From IMG/VR virus record IMGVR_UViG_3300028591_000116: 64,000 nt of DNA; one strand, given 5' to 3'. Each line of letters opens with the position of its first letter. The first letter of the stretch is position 1. The DNA is from an uncultured virus (IMG/VR IMGVR_UViG_3300028591_000116). Taxonomy: Duplodnaviria > Heunggongvirae > Uroviricota > Caudoviricetes. This document shows positions 1 to 9,070 of the stretch, in pieces. The translations under genes were made by a program, and so were the position numbers. The notes under the pieces are model-generated. The model was not told the DNA's origin. It searched no databases and saw only the letters and a list, made by a program, of their open reading frames with translations.

Positions 1-13
1 TAAAAATATAATA

Positions 14-56
14 TTTTCGCCCCCCCCCCCCGATAATGAGGAGAGACGAAAGTTAT
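14..56 (-). repeat. G-run/pyrimidine hairpin repeat, copy 1 (inverted copy at 42456-42496); likely terminator
   Basis: ttttcg-C run-gataatgaggagagacgaaagttat is nearly the exact reverse complement of 42456-42496; lies right after the stop of the minus-strand ORF 59..229. Confidence 0.75.
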
Positions 57-58
57 TT

Positions 59-229
59 TTAATTGTTTCTTATAGTTAATGCTTTTATAGCACCAGCTGA
101 AGGATTCTTATTGGTTGATCTTGGTAATACTTGCATCTTAGTAACTTCGATTTTGCTAATTTTATTAGTTTTTTCAGAAGTCTTATTTTCTGTAGTATTA
201 CAATGACAAATTCGTTTTTTATTGTCCAT
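59..229 (-). CDS. small basic hypothetical protein (56 aa, MDNKKRICHCN...)
   Basis: Read by hand; ATG overlaps the end of 219..1679 (possible translational coupling); ends just before the hairpin. Confidence 0.45.
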   Translation of the reverse strand: MDNKKRICHCNTTENKTSEKTNKISKIEVTKMQVLPRSTNKNPSAGAIKALTIRNN

Positions 230-1679
230 TTATATATTCCTCGAAGAATCTAATGGTTACAACTTCATTATTGTCAGGATCATTCTTATCAGTTAAAATG
301 ATCTGACGCGGATTGTTTTTCACATCATCAAGTTTCAACCATAAAGTGAGAGTGTTCTCACCTTCATCAGCATCAAGTACTTCTGGTGTAAGTTCTGTAT
401 CGACTCCCCAAATAAGTCCACGACTAAGAGATTCGGGAGTAAATACGAAATCAAGAGCAAACCATTCATGAACACCGTCCTGCTGATTAGGATTAGTTGA
501 CAGCCAGCTATCAAGCTCATCATAACCTGCATAAAGATCAATGTATTTTTTACCATTTTCGATTTTTGTTTGGATATATACTTTACTCTGGTTAGCAGTT
601 TGATCTTTAGGTTCAGCATCGGCACTATTACCGTAAGCGCCTGTTCCAGCATGTACAGAATCAATAAACTTCGTTTCCCATACTTCAGGTTCTTTTATAA
701 CCTTAAATACAGGATAAAGAGTAATATCTCCACCAGTAAGCAATACATCATCTAATTCAATAGGATTACTTACAATTTCATCCTCTTTATTAGGCATAGA
801 AGTTATCCATCCAAGAAGTTTGGTCTTTTTATCATGATACATTCGCTCATTGTTGTCATCGATATCAAGTTCTCTTCTCGAAATCAAAGAATCAGCAGTA
901 TGAGCATCATTGTTTGTTAAAGGATAACAATAGGAAACATTTCTACCGTACTCGTCTATTTTAACAACGTCTGCGTCTTCTCCATCTTCATACAAATAAG
1001 CAGTTTTGCTGAAACGTACTGTTCCGCAAATGCTATTGCTTAATCGAGTTACATCAACTGGTTCATAAGGACTGCTAGCTGAAATAACATGGGGATTACA
1101 GATTACATCGACTACTTTCAACAGTCTGCTAGTATCAGGTTCATAATCATGTACTACCTGAGGGAGACCCTTCCAGAAATAGAATTTGTATTTTCCGATT
1201 TCATTAAGTGCTTTCTCGAAATCACATTTGCAATCTTCTCCATAGTTCTTAGGAGAATCTGAAATAAGAACACTGTATGAAGAAGCAAAAGGTGTTTCAC
1301 TTATAGTGATGTATGGAGCACGAAGCATCTTTTTCTTAGTAGTAAGATTAAATACCTCAAGAATGTCATAAATAGAATAAATGCAGAATACTGAAGATTG
1401 ATCTTTTGTTTCAGAATATCCGTTTTTATTGTAAATATGAGCAATATATAATGGTCCATAATTGCTGAAATTAATGAGACGTTTTACTCCGTCTTCATCA
1501 TAAATAAGATCAGCAAACATGTATAAAGCCGGAGTCATTTCAAACTCTGGTGTGAGCTTTACAGGAGCAGATTTGATAGCATCATTAACTGTTTTGAGGA
1601 TAGCATCTATTACTGACTCGCCAAAAACTCGCTTCATTATATGTATTTCTTGGGTAATAATTGTTGTATTTGTATCCAT
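219..1679 (-). CDS. hypothetical protein, probably virion-associated, with an InlB-B/Listeria-Bacteroides-repeat-like segment
   Basis: 486-aa ORF; GAGG RBS; late-type motif upstream; 'LLGW...DITLYPVFK' resembles that repeat. Confidence 0.6.
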   Translation of the reverse strand: MDTNTTIITQEIHIMKRVFGESVIDAILKTVNDAIKSAPVKLTPEFEMTPALYMFADLIYDEDGVKRLINFSNYGPLYIAHIYNKNGYSETKDQSSVFCIYSIYDILEVFNLTTKKKMLRAPYITISETPFASSYSVLISDSPKNYGEDCKCDFEKALNEIGKYKFYFWKGLPQVVHDYEPDTSRLLKVVDVICNPHVISASSPYEPVDVTRLSNSICGTVRFSKTAYLYEDGEDADVVKIDEYGRNVSYCYPLTNNDAHTADSLISRRELDIDDNNERMYHDKKTKLLGWITSMPNKEDEIVSNPIELDDVLLTGGDITLYPVFKVIKEPEVWETKFIDSVHAGTGAYGNSADAEPKDQTANQSKVYIQTKIENGKKYIDLYAGYDELDSWLSTNPNQQDGVHEWFALDFVFTPESLSRGLIWGVDTELTPEVLDADEGENTLTLWLKLDDVKNNPRQIILTDKNDPDNNEVVTIRFFEEYINGQ

Positions 1680-1752
1680 GATTTACCTCTTTTAATTTAA
1701 TAAGGGATTTCATTTTAATGTCATGGAAAACATTTTATTGAAGGAGTTTTAT

Positions 1753-2112
1753 ATGGGAAAGATAACTGAAACTATTAAAGAAACTGGTAAAACTTGGATT
1801 AAGAAGTTTGGAAGCATCCTGTTGACTATAGGAGTTGCTATTTTAACTGTGTTTACTTTAGGTAGAATTAATGATATTATCAAGAAGCACGACACAAAGA
1901 AAAAAGAAAAACTCGAAGATAATGTCGATGACGTTAAAGACGCAGTAAATAAAATCAATGAAGAATCAAAAGAAACAATAACAAAAGTAAAAGAAATTAA
2001 AGAATCTGTTAAAACTAATGCTAAAAAAGCTAAATCTGAAAATAACGATTATGTTTCTAAACAGACTGAAATTGTTGAAAAAGCCGGGTTTGTGAAGAAA
2101 CAGAAGAAATAA
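1753..2112 (+). CDS. membrane-anchored coiled-coil protein
   Basis: AAGGAG before ATG 1753; hydrophobic ILLTIGVAILTVFTL followed by K/E-rich helix. Confidence 0.7.
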   Translation: MGKITETIKETGKTWIKKFGSILLTIGVAILTVFTLGRINDIIKKHDTKKKEKLEDNVDDVKDAVNKINEESKETITKVKEIKESVKTNAKKAKSENNDYVSKQTEIVEKAGFVKKQKK

Positions 2113-2127
2113 AATAGGAGATCTTAA

Positions 2128-3024
2128 ATGAATTTCTTATCTATACTAGAATATCTTAAGACTCTTGATAATTTCAATAAATATCATCCTATTATTTGTG
2201 TAGGATGTCATGAAATATTTGAAGAGTATTACGATTATTATATAATCGACGGAATAGTATATATTGTAGCAATCACTTCTTCTGATATAGGAAGCGGAGG
2301 TTACAAAACTATTTCGATGATCGATCCGTCTAATATAACTAACGTTTATATTGACGACGCTATGAATGCAGATCTTAGTGCTATAGAATCTGCTAAGAAA
2401 GATGCTAGCAATGGAGACTTCAAGTCTAAAGTTGCAACGTTCTTGAATGGATGTATTAGTAACCCTAATAATTTCAATCTCCCTTATTCTAAAGCAAGAT
2501 TCCTGGTTGGTGACGAATCTATTAGAGTTCATGAAGACGGAATAGCCGTTAATGGAGATCTTGTGTCTTTTGATATTAGTGAAGTAAGTCTTGGTGCTAT
2601 TGTAGGTAAACCCGGTAATCCTATGTATAGTGATTATCGTCTGTTTACTAACTTAGATAAATTTCAGGTTATTACTATTCCGTTTGAAGATTTGATTTAT
2701 TCTCCTATGGCAGGTTTTGTTACAGAAGAACTTAAGACTCTTTGTAACACCTTCAGAGAAACTCACTTTGGAAAATGGGGTAACGGAGTGCCACCTTATA
2801 ATAGAGGTGAATATGCTAAAGGTGATCGTGTTTGGCTTGATGTTCAGGTTGTAAGTAAATCTGGAAATGCTGCTAATGAAAAACCAGAAAAAAGAATGTG
2901 GTTTGTATCTTTAGCTAACAAAAACCCAGATATTCCTTTAAGCAAAAGTGCTAAAGCTAATGGAAGTTGGGCAGAATATGATCCTGAAACAAATACGTTA
3001 ATCGTTGAAAAACCTGGAGAATAA
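2128..3024 (+). CDS. hypothetical protein with a possible C-terminal CBM5/12-like module
   Basis: AGGAG RBS; C-terminal 'Y..GEYAKGDRVW...WFVSL..N...P...W' pattern. Confidence 0.6.
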   Translation: MNFLSILEYLKTLDNFNKYHPIICVGCHEIFEEYYDYYIIDGIVYIVAITSSDIGSGGYKTISMIDPSNITNVYIDDAMNADLSAIESAKKDASNGDFKSKVATFLNGCISNPNNFNLPYSKARFLVGDESIRVHEDGIAVNGDLVSFDISEVSLGAIVGKPGNPMYSDYRLFTNLDKFQVITIPFEDLIYSPMAGFVTEELKTLCNTFRETHFGKWGNGVPPYNRGEYAKGDRVWLDVQVVSKSGNAANEKPEKRMWFVSLANKNPDIPLSKSAKANGSWAEYDPETNTLIVEKPGE

Positions 3025-3034
3025 GGAGTTTATT

Positions 3035-3328
3035 ATGGCTGTACAAACACATATAACTCTTAGTGATGATTTATTACGAAACGTTCAGACAGGTTCAGTA
3101 AAGATAAACGGAGATGTATTATCGTTCAATGAAGTTATAGCTAGGCATATTGCTCCTTTTCAAATGGGAAATAATAATTTTCGAAGAGGAATGTGTTTAG
3201 TTGTAGCTGCTAAAGAAGAATTATCTGCTGTAAGAATTCCATTAAATTCTGAAACAAAAAACAAATATACTGTTGATAAATACAGTAGTTTGGAAGAAGT
3301 GTTAACAGAAGTTACTAAAAGTGAATAA
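3035..3328 (+). CDS. hypothetical protein
   Basis: AAGGAG before ATG 3035; followed by a terminator. Confidence 0.7.
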   Translation: MAVQTHITLSDDLLRNVQTGSVKINGDVLSFNEVIARHIAPFQMGNNNFRRGMCLVVAAKEELSAVRIPLNSETKNKYTVDKYSSLEEVLTEVTKSE

Positions 3329-3334
3329 AAAAAG

Positions 3335-3358
3335 AACTGGCGGTTAATACCGCCAGTT
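3335..3358. terminator. bidirectional intrinsic terminator
   Basis: aactggcggt-taat-accgccagtt between convergent genes, flanked by A and T runs. Confidence 0.8.
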
Positions 3359-3377
3359 TCTTAGTTTTGTCTAGCTA

Positions 3378-4274
3378 TTAGCCAAGACATTTTTCAACAG
3401 CTTTAATAGCAGATTCTTTTGAATTGAATACTGCCAAGAACTTAGCTGCGTGGATGAACGAGCATCCTTTAACTTCTTCCTGTTTTATAGAGATAGGATA
3501 AAGTTTAGAATCTACTGAATTGAGGTTCCAGCATCCTTTATCTCGGTTGCTTTCATTAATGGTATACTTGATATGTGTACCAATAAAGTTAGCAGCAGGA
3601 ATGAACTGATCAAGGATTACATAATCTGTAGAAGTTGCGTCGGCGATGAGTTTAGCCCTTTGTATATCATTGCCGTGTTTAACAGCAAATTCAATGATAG
3701 GTTTAAACTCAATCATTTTGCAAAGCTCTTCATATGTGTTATCCAGAAGATCAGAGTTGTTTGTGCTAGGCACATAACACTTTATTAAGAACGACAGTGT
3801 ATTTGGGAATTCCTGCTGACCAAAGTTGTCAGTTCTATCCATGTTCTGGATAAATGATTCATCCAAATACTTTGCAGCAATAGCCGCTGCTGCTTCATCG
3901 ATTGCTCCAAACATAAGACAAACTTCTTCACCAATGTATGCCCACAATCTTCCGAGAGCTGCATATTTTGATGTAGGTTTGTCTTCGTTTCTTAATGGAC
4001 AATCTGGCTGGTGATGATCAAATCTTCCTTTATTGATGTCGAATACCAGAGCATTTTCATCAGTGATACCGTGATCGCGAAGATACTGGTCTGTTACTCT
4101 GCGTATAGTCAAAGATTTATTTTCAAGTTTGTAATACTCTGTTTCTTTGAAAACGCATCTTAGTAAAGATCCACTCAATAATTCATCAGGATGAATTGTC
4201 CCAGCGTGTGTGTAAGCAGTGAAGCTATTCTCAGCAATGAGATCCATAATTTCTTTAATTCTTTTGTTAGCCAT
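3378..4274 (-). CDS. MYG1-family (DHH-like) metal-dependent hydrolase/exonuclease
   Basis: THAGTIHPDE, FD..GRFDHHQ, Y..LG.LW, D.TDN and FIHAAKF motifs typical of MYG1/UPF0160; GGAGG RBS. Confidence 0.8.
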   Translation of the reverse strand: MANKRIKEIMDLIAENSFTAYTHAGTIHPDELLSGSLLRCVFKETEYYKLENKSLTIRRVTDQYLRDHGITDENALVFDINKGRFDHHQPDCPLRNEDKPTSKYAALGRLWAYIGEEVCLMFGAIDEAAAAIAAKYLDESFIQNMDRTDNFGQQEFPNTLSFLIKCYVPSTNNSDLLDNTYEELCKMIEFKPIIEFAVKHGNDIQRAKLIADATSTDYVILDQFIPAANFIGTHIKYTINESNRDKGCWNLNSVDSKLYPISIKQEEVKGCSFIHAAKFLAVFNSKESAIKAVEKCLG

Positions 4275-4293
4275 AGTTCTAACCTCCAAAATA

Positions 4294-4307
4294 GTAATAT
4301 ATACGTC
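4294..4307 (-). promoter_or_regulatory. early-type phage promoter motif GACGTATATATTAC
   Basis: Contains TATATTAC (the phiKZ early consensus); related copies at 8246-8260(-), 9674-9687(-), 52839-52853(-), 54869-54884(+), 63719-63733(-). Confidence 0.65.
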
Positions 4308-4344
4308 ACAAGATATAGAAAATAAAATTACTTAAAACTACTTT

Positions 4345-5259
4345 ATGAGGTTTAATATGACAATATTTGGTGAAATAATAGGTGTTATTATAATCAGTTT
4401 AACTATATTCTTTTGTGTATTAGGAATAAAAAAACTGCATAATAAACACGTCAGTAAATTGATAGAACAGTCTAAAAGGAAAGATCCAATAACTTTTGAT
4501 CCTGAAAGGCTACATAATGCTTTAGACAATATTATTAAAAACCAGTTTACTAAAAATGAATTCTATGAGTATGAGAAATATGTAGAAGATCGTCAAGATG
4601 AATATGCTAAAAGATTCATAGCAGTTTTTTTATATAATATTCAGAAGGCTTTAGAAAACAAAGACATCGTATATTGTGACGGTATATATAAAATTTTCTT
4701 AAAACCTTTTTATTGCTCAAATGGGTTTGATTTAAGCAAGTCATTTGAAGAAATAATACATGAAAACGAAAAACACAATTTAAGGAGTGTTTATCGACAG
4801 GAATATTTTAATGTAACGACTTGGAGAGATCGATATATTAATTATAACAACTGGAACTCTGAAACTATAAAATATGTATCTGATGAATTGTGGAATAAAT
4901 ATAATATTCATATCTTAAATGTGAATGATTTTGAAATTGATTTTGTTAGAAGATCTGAATACAATAATTTGTGTCCAGATCTTCAAGAAACGTTACACTA
5001 TAATGATCCAGAACGATTCCCTGAAGTTGTTAAAGGATTTTTGGTAACAATATGGAAACAAACCGAATCGGATGGAAATGTGTTAGCTAAAGTTAAACGT
5101 GTTTTTTATGATAATAAAGAGTTTGCTGAAGCTTATCCTAATGGCATTTATCCTGAATACTCAATAGTTGAAAAGGTGTATGGAAATCAACGTGTGTTAA
5201 TACACCATTATAAAGATCTTAGCCCTAAAGGAGAATATAGAGAAAATGATGGAAATTAG
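4345..5259 (+). CDS. hypothetical protein with N-terminal transmembrane helix
   Basis: 304-aa ORF; hydrophobic N-terminus IIGVIIISLTIFFCVLGI. Confidence 0.7.
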   Translation: MRFNMTIFGEIIGVIIISLTIFFCVLGIKKLHNKHVSKLIEQSKRKDPITFDPERLHNALDNIIKNQFTKNEFYEYEKYVEDRQDEYAKRFIAVFLYNIQKALENKDIVYCDGIYKIFLKPFYCSNGFDLSKSFEEIIHENEKHNLRSVYRQEYFNVTTWRDRYINYNNWNSETIKYVSDELWNKYNIHILNVNDFEIDFVRRSEYNNLCPDLQETLHYNDPERFPEVVKGFLVTIWKQTESDGNVLAKVKRVFYDNKEFAEAYPNGIYPEYSIVEKVYGNQRVLIHHYKDLSPKGEYRENDGN

Positions 5260-5632
5260 ATGCGAAGTAACAGAATATATGGATAAGTTTAGAGATCCTA
5301 AACAAATTCCTAAATCAAAGTTTGACTGGTGTAAAACTTATATCATGTCGAAAAAATACGACGGCGAAATTAAACCTGAAAAAGGAGAATACACTAGCGA
5401 AAAAGATTTTGAAAAATTTTATTTCTGGTGGGTGAGAATTCCTGGATACACGTGCGCGAACATCGTATTCAATAAGAGCGACGATACAGTTGCTGAAATT
5501 CTTCTTACTAGACGCGGTGGAGCCTTTGCTGATAGTGGGGATGAAACTATGTATTTAAACCCAGACAAGTTACAGAAAGAGCTTAATGAAAAGTTCGTCG
5601 GTAAGAAACTTGATTGGTGGTTAGCAGAATAA
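5246..5632 (+). CDS. hypothetical protein
   Basis: 128-aa ORF overlapping the end of the upstream gene. Confidence 0.7.
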   Translation: MMEIRCEVTEYMDKFRDPKQIPKSKFDWCKTYIMSKKYDGEIKPEKGEYTSEKDFEKFYFWWVRIPGYTCANIVFNKSDDTVAEILLTRRGGAFADSGDETMYLNPDKLQKELNEKFVGKKLDWWLAE

Positions 5633-5649
5633 AAGAAAGGAGTTATTAA

Positions 5650-6435
5650 ATGATTGAAATCATTAATACAGAAGTATTTGGCTTGGAAAGAGCAATTAAT
5701 GCTATTTCAAATTCATTCACAGTAGGTGAGATCGATACAACAGGTCCTATTAGTGCTAGGAAAGAAAGTATAGCGGCTTCTCTTGGAAACAATTTGGATC
5801 CACATCAGTCTCATGACGCATATCTTAAAGGAATCATCGTTCAGTTTGATATCAAATATCCACAGTATTGGACACCTGAATTCCAGCGATATCATTTTGC
5901 TGATATTATCATGAGTCAGAGTACAATGCATGCCTTGACTAAAATGCTCAAGAGCAATTATGATCCTTTTAACAAATATACTTCAGAAGAAAGTAAAGAA
6001 ATCGTTGAACGATTAGCCGCAAAGTATGAAAATGATCCTACGTATGAAAACTTTGTAGAACTCAGATCTAATCTTCCTGCCGGATTCGAAATGTATGAAA
6101 CTGTTACAACTAATTATCTTCAGCTTAAAACTATTTGGATCCAGAGACATAATCATAAACTTAAGGAAGATTGGGGAACATTCTGTACCTGGATCGAGAA
6201 TCTTCCTAGATTCAAAGAACTGTGTCTTACTAAGCTTCTTGCAGAAGAAGAACTGAAGGCTAATACAGCAAAGTATGATCCTAGAGATATCAAAGGGTAT
6301 AAAGAATATGATCATGCTCCAACAAAGCTTGCAGTTATGGAAGCTTATGCAGATTATATTAAAGGTAAAATGAAGTTCGACTACTATATGAACAATCATT
6401 ATAAACCTTTAGAAGATCTTCTGTCTGGTAAATAA
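5650..6435 (+). CDS. ThyX-fold-like phage protein (possible flavin-dependent thymidylate synthase relative)
   Basis: H..YLKGI.VQFDI..P.YW..EFQRYHF...SQSTMH and NYLQLKTI..QRHNHKL..W..FC.WI..LP resemble a phage ThyX-like family; canonical RHRx7S is absent. Confidence 0.45.
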   Translation: MIEIINTEVFGLERAINAISNSFTVGEIDTTGPISARKESIAASLGNNLDPHQSHDAYLKGIIVQFDIKYPQYWTPEFQRYHFADIIMSQSTMHALTKMLKSNYDPFNKYTSEESKEIVERLAAKYENDPTYENFVELRSNLPAGFEMYETVTTNYLQLKTIWIQRHNHKLKEDWGTFCTWIENLPRFKELCLTKLLAEEELKANTAKYDPRDIKGYKEYDHAPTKLAVMEAYADYIKGKMKFDYYMNNHYKPLEDLLSGK

Positions 6436-6440
6436 GCTTA

Positions 6441-6467
6441 AATCTCTCCCTATAAAAGGGAGAGATT
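6441..6467 (+). terminator. intrinsic terminator
   Basis: aatctctccct-ataaa-agggagagatt directly after the stop of 5650..6435. Confidence 0.8.
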
Positions 6468-6471
6468 GTTT

Positions 6472-6673
6472 TCAACCACTACAACCACCAACTAAGCAAG
6501 TTCCTAAACATGTTCCAATACAGCGTATAACAAAACAACCAGAATTAGAACATGTTGCACCATCGATACATGTAGTCCCGCAATAGGAATGACATCCACT
6601 ACAAAATACTAAACATAAACTAGTGCAACTGTTAAGACATACATCATTCCCACAATTAGAAACACAACTTCCT
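6472..6673 (-). other. Cys-rich cassette 1 (66 aa GSCVSNCGNDVC...LVGGCSG*, 15 Cys), no start codon
   Basis: Translated by hand; starts AGGAAGTTGT, ends GTGGTTGTAGTGG-TTGA; in-frame TAA 8 codons upstream with no ATG/GTG/TTG in between. Confidence 0.85.
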
Positions 6674-6719
6674 TTATGGTTTAAAACAAACTTTTAAACT
6701 TTATTATGAGGTGTGTATT

Positions 6720-7418
6720 ATGATTATTTCAATTGAGTCTTCTGGCTTACAAATACAAATAGAAGATGATAAAAATATAACTCTTCCAGCAGCTGGTATG
6801 CAAGCCAAGCACGGTAGTATCTTTGAAATAGCCGAAGCTTCGGATGCTTGGGTATCTGCTGATTATCATTTTGGTAAATGGCTTCGTAAAGAAGGTGAAG
6901 AAGCAGATAAACTGAAAGCTGAAGAAGAAAAAATAATAGAACTTCATAACGCTAAAGTAGGAAAAGATGATATCTTCTTATTCCTCGGAGATATAGCAGA
7001 ATCTGAATTTGGTGACGAATTCAGACCAGACGCTATGGATTATGTTGTAAAACAAGTACAACGTCTCAACGGTAGAAAGATATTGCTTACTGGTAATAAC
7101 GATACTTGTGATAATGCTTTCTATAAGAAATGTGGATTCGAAGATATATTCCGTAGAGATAGAATTGTTACAGACAAACATGTATTCTCACATTTCCCTG
7201 TAAATATGAGAGATGGTACTAGAATTAACCAGCACGGACATTTGCATGGTTCTTTCGTGTATTACGAATGTGACCCAGAGAATCACATAGATGCTTATTG
7301 GAAGCTTTGGAATGGTCCTATGAGAATAAGTGAACTGGATAATCTTTATAAAGAAGGTAAATATAAAGGTCACTTGGAAGTAAGTACTAAGTCTGAAGGA
7401 AATGATGTCACTTTGTAA
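6720..7418 (+). CDS. calcineurin-like metallophosphoesterase
   Basis: ADYHFG, LGD, GNND, SHFP and HGHLH motifs. Confidence 0.85.
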   Translation: MIISIESSGLQIQIEDDKNITLPAAGMQAKHGSIFEIAEASDAWVSADYHFGKWLRKEGEEADKLKAEEEKIIELHNAKVGKDDIFLFLGDIAESEFGDEFRPDAMDYVVKQVQRLNGRKILLTGNNDTCDNAFYKKCGFEDIFRRDRIVTDKHVFSHFPVNMRDGTRINQHGHLHGSFVYYECDPENHIDAYWKLWNGPMRISELDNLYKEGKYKGHLEVSTKSEGNDVTL

Positions 7419-7490
7419 AAAAGAAAGCCGTTATCCAATTTATACTATATGAGACTTTCTTGTTAAAATATTAAACTATGTGTAACATTT

Positions 7491-7643
7491 TTATGCTACA
7501 GGATAAGAGTTTAATAATTTCTTAGTTTCTATTATTCGAGAAACTTTTTCCTTTTCAGGAATTTTGTTAGAGTTAGAAATAGCTCTGACATATGATCTTA
7601 GAAGCAGATCATTTAAAGATAATTTTATTAAATCATCTTTCAT
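7491..7643 (-). CDS. small protein (50 aa, MKDDLIKLS...) of hairpin-sORF module A
   Basis: Strong AAGGAGGTGA RBS; preceded by hairpin 7673-7698. Confidence 0.6.
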   Translation of the reverse strand: MKDDLIKLSLNDLLLRSYVRAISNSNKIPEKEKVSRIIETKKLLNSYPVA

Positions 7644-7732
7644 AGACTCACCTCCTTGTAGCGTAAAACTTTGAGAGGACCGCAGCAACGGTCCTCTCTT
7701 TTTGTTTATTACTACTTAGATTTGGTTTCATA

Positions 7733-7906
7733 CTAAGCTACTCTACCCATTGATTTAAGACAACGCTCCATTTCGCGTTTAAGACTATCTCTTTCCGAAT
7801 CAGATAAGTTGTCTTTGGCAACCATTTCGCGACAGCGTTTAACTTTTGCCATCTCAGCGATAGATTTTCTGTAGCTATTGTATAAATAAATTTTTTCGTT
7901 TTCCAT
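7733..7906 (-). CDS. small helical hypothetical protein (57 aa, MENEKIYLY...)
   Basis: Read by hand; AGGAG RBS upstream. Confidence 0.6.
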   Translation of the reverse strand: MENEKIYLYNSYRKSIAEMAKVKRCREMVAKDNLSDSERDSLKREMERCLKSMGRVA

Positions 7907-7950
7907 AATTCTTTTCTCCTATTTTATGGTATAAACTTTTTGGGATGAAT

Positions 7951-8178
7951 TTAAGCAGCCAGTTCAGTGAAGACTGGTACAGATCTTAAATATTTAGTAA
8001 TACTAGTAACTGAATATGAGTAGTAATTTGTACAATTATTAACGTCATAAACATTTACGTCTCGTACAATAATGTGATATTTGCTTATTGGTACAACGAC
8101 CATTCCAGCATAGTATTTTATCATATTATTGATCTCTTTTTCAGAGATAGTGTTCTTTGTGATTATAGATATGATCAT
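7951..8178 (-). CDS. small hypothetical protein, probably early
   Basis: GAGGAGG RBS; early-type motif upstream. Confidence 0.6.
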   Translation of the reverse strand: MIISIITKNTISEKEINNMIKYYAGMVVVPISKYHIIVRDVNVYDVNNCTNYYSYSVTSITKYLRSVPVFTELAA

Positions 8179-8242
8179 TTTTAAACCTCCTCAAGTTATA
8201 ATTTGATTTATCTATTTGGGTTATATCTTCGTCTATATTCAC

Positions 8243-8281
8243 TATTATAATATGAACGTGAAAGACTATGTTGCTTGAAAA
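8243..8281. repeat. 39-bp promoter-containing direct repeat (second copy 63716-63754)
   Basis: tattataatatgaacgtgaaag(a/t)ctatgttgcttgaaaa, one mismatch between copies. Confidence 0.85.
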
Positions 8282-8334
8282 AATTAAGATTAAAACAATA
8301 ATATGATCTAAATATAATAAAATTGGAGGCTTTT

Positions 8335-9015
8335 ATGGCTAATAAAAATACCGAATTGACGTCTATGATCATCCAAAGACGCGTTTTGGGCACTCTTTGC
8401 GCACTTTTAGCACCATGTTCTTTACTGTTTGGTTTGATTGGTTGGAAACACAATCTTCCTGGATGGTACATGTCTATCAGTTCTACATACTATGCTAATT
8501 CGAAAATGTTCATGATAGGATTACTGTGTGCTACATCTATTTTCTTCTTCGCTTACAAAGGTTACGATTGGAAAGACAGAGTTTGCTCTTTAATTCAAGC
8601 CATTGCTGCTATCGGAATTGTTATTTTTCCTTGTGCAACTCCTGGTATTCCTGAACATGTGGGTTTATTCTGTTTAACAGTTCATACAAGTAATATCATT
8701 CATTGTATTATGGCTGCTATACTGTTTTTGGCATTTGATTTTAACATTTTATTCTTGTTTACTTTAGGAAATGGTGAACCTACTGAACGAAAGAAGTTAA
8801 GAAATAAGATTTATTATATTTGCGGCGGAATTATATTTGTATTTATGGTATTACAAGGATTTCATTCACAGGTATCTAAAATCCTTCCTGCTTGGTTCCC
8901 GTTAACTTGGTTTAACGAGTTCATGATGCTTGAGCCTTTTGCGTTTGCATATATTGTTAAATCGGCTGCTATAGGTAGATTTAATGATATTACAATTTCA
9001 AGTACAAAGATTTAA
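8335..9015 (+). CDS. polytopic membrane protein, DUF998-like
   Basis: About 6 hydrophobic helices; SIS..YY and IH...A..LF motifs; GGAGG RBS. Confidence 0.65.
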   Translation: MANKNTELTSMIIQRRVLGTLCALLAPCSLLFGLIGWKHNLPGWYMSISSTYYANSKMFMIGLLCATSIFFFAYKGYDWKDRVCSLIQAIAAIGIVIFPCATPGIPEHVGLFCLTVHTSNIIHCIMAAILFLAFDFNILFLFTLGNGEPTERKKLRNKIYYICGGIIFVFMVLQGFHSQVSKILPAWFPLTWFNEFMMLEPFAFAYIVKSAAIGRFNDITISSTKI

Positions 9016-9023
9016 AAGAAAAA

Positions 9024-9049
9024 AGAACCGTCCTTAATTGGACGGTTCT
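9024..9049. terminator. bidirectional intrinsic terminator
   Basis: agaaccgtcc-ttaatt-ggacggttct between convergent genes. Confidence 0.8.
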
Positions 9050-9070
9050 AATTTATACATTCCCTATCAA

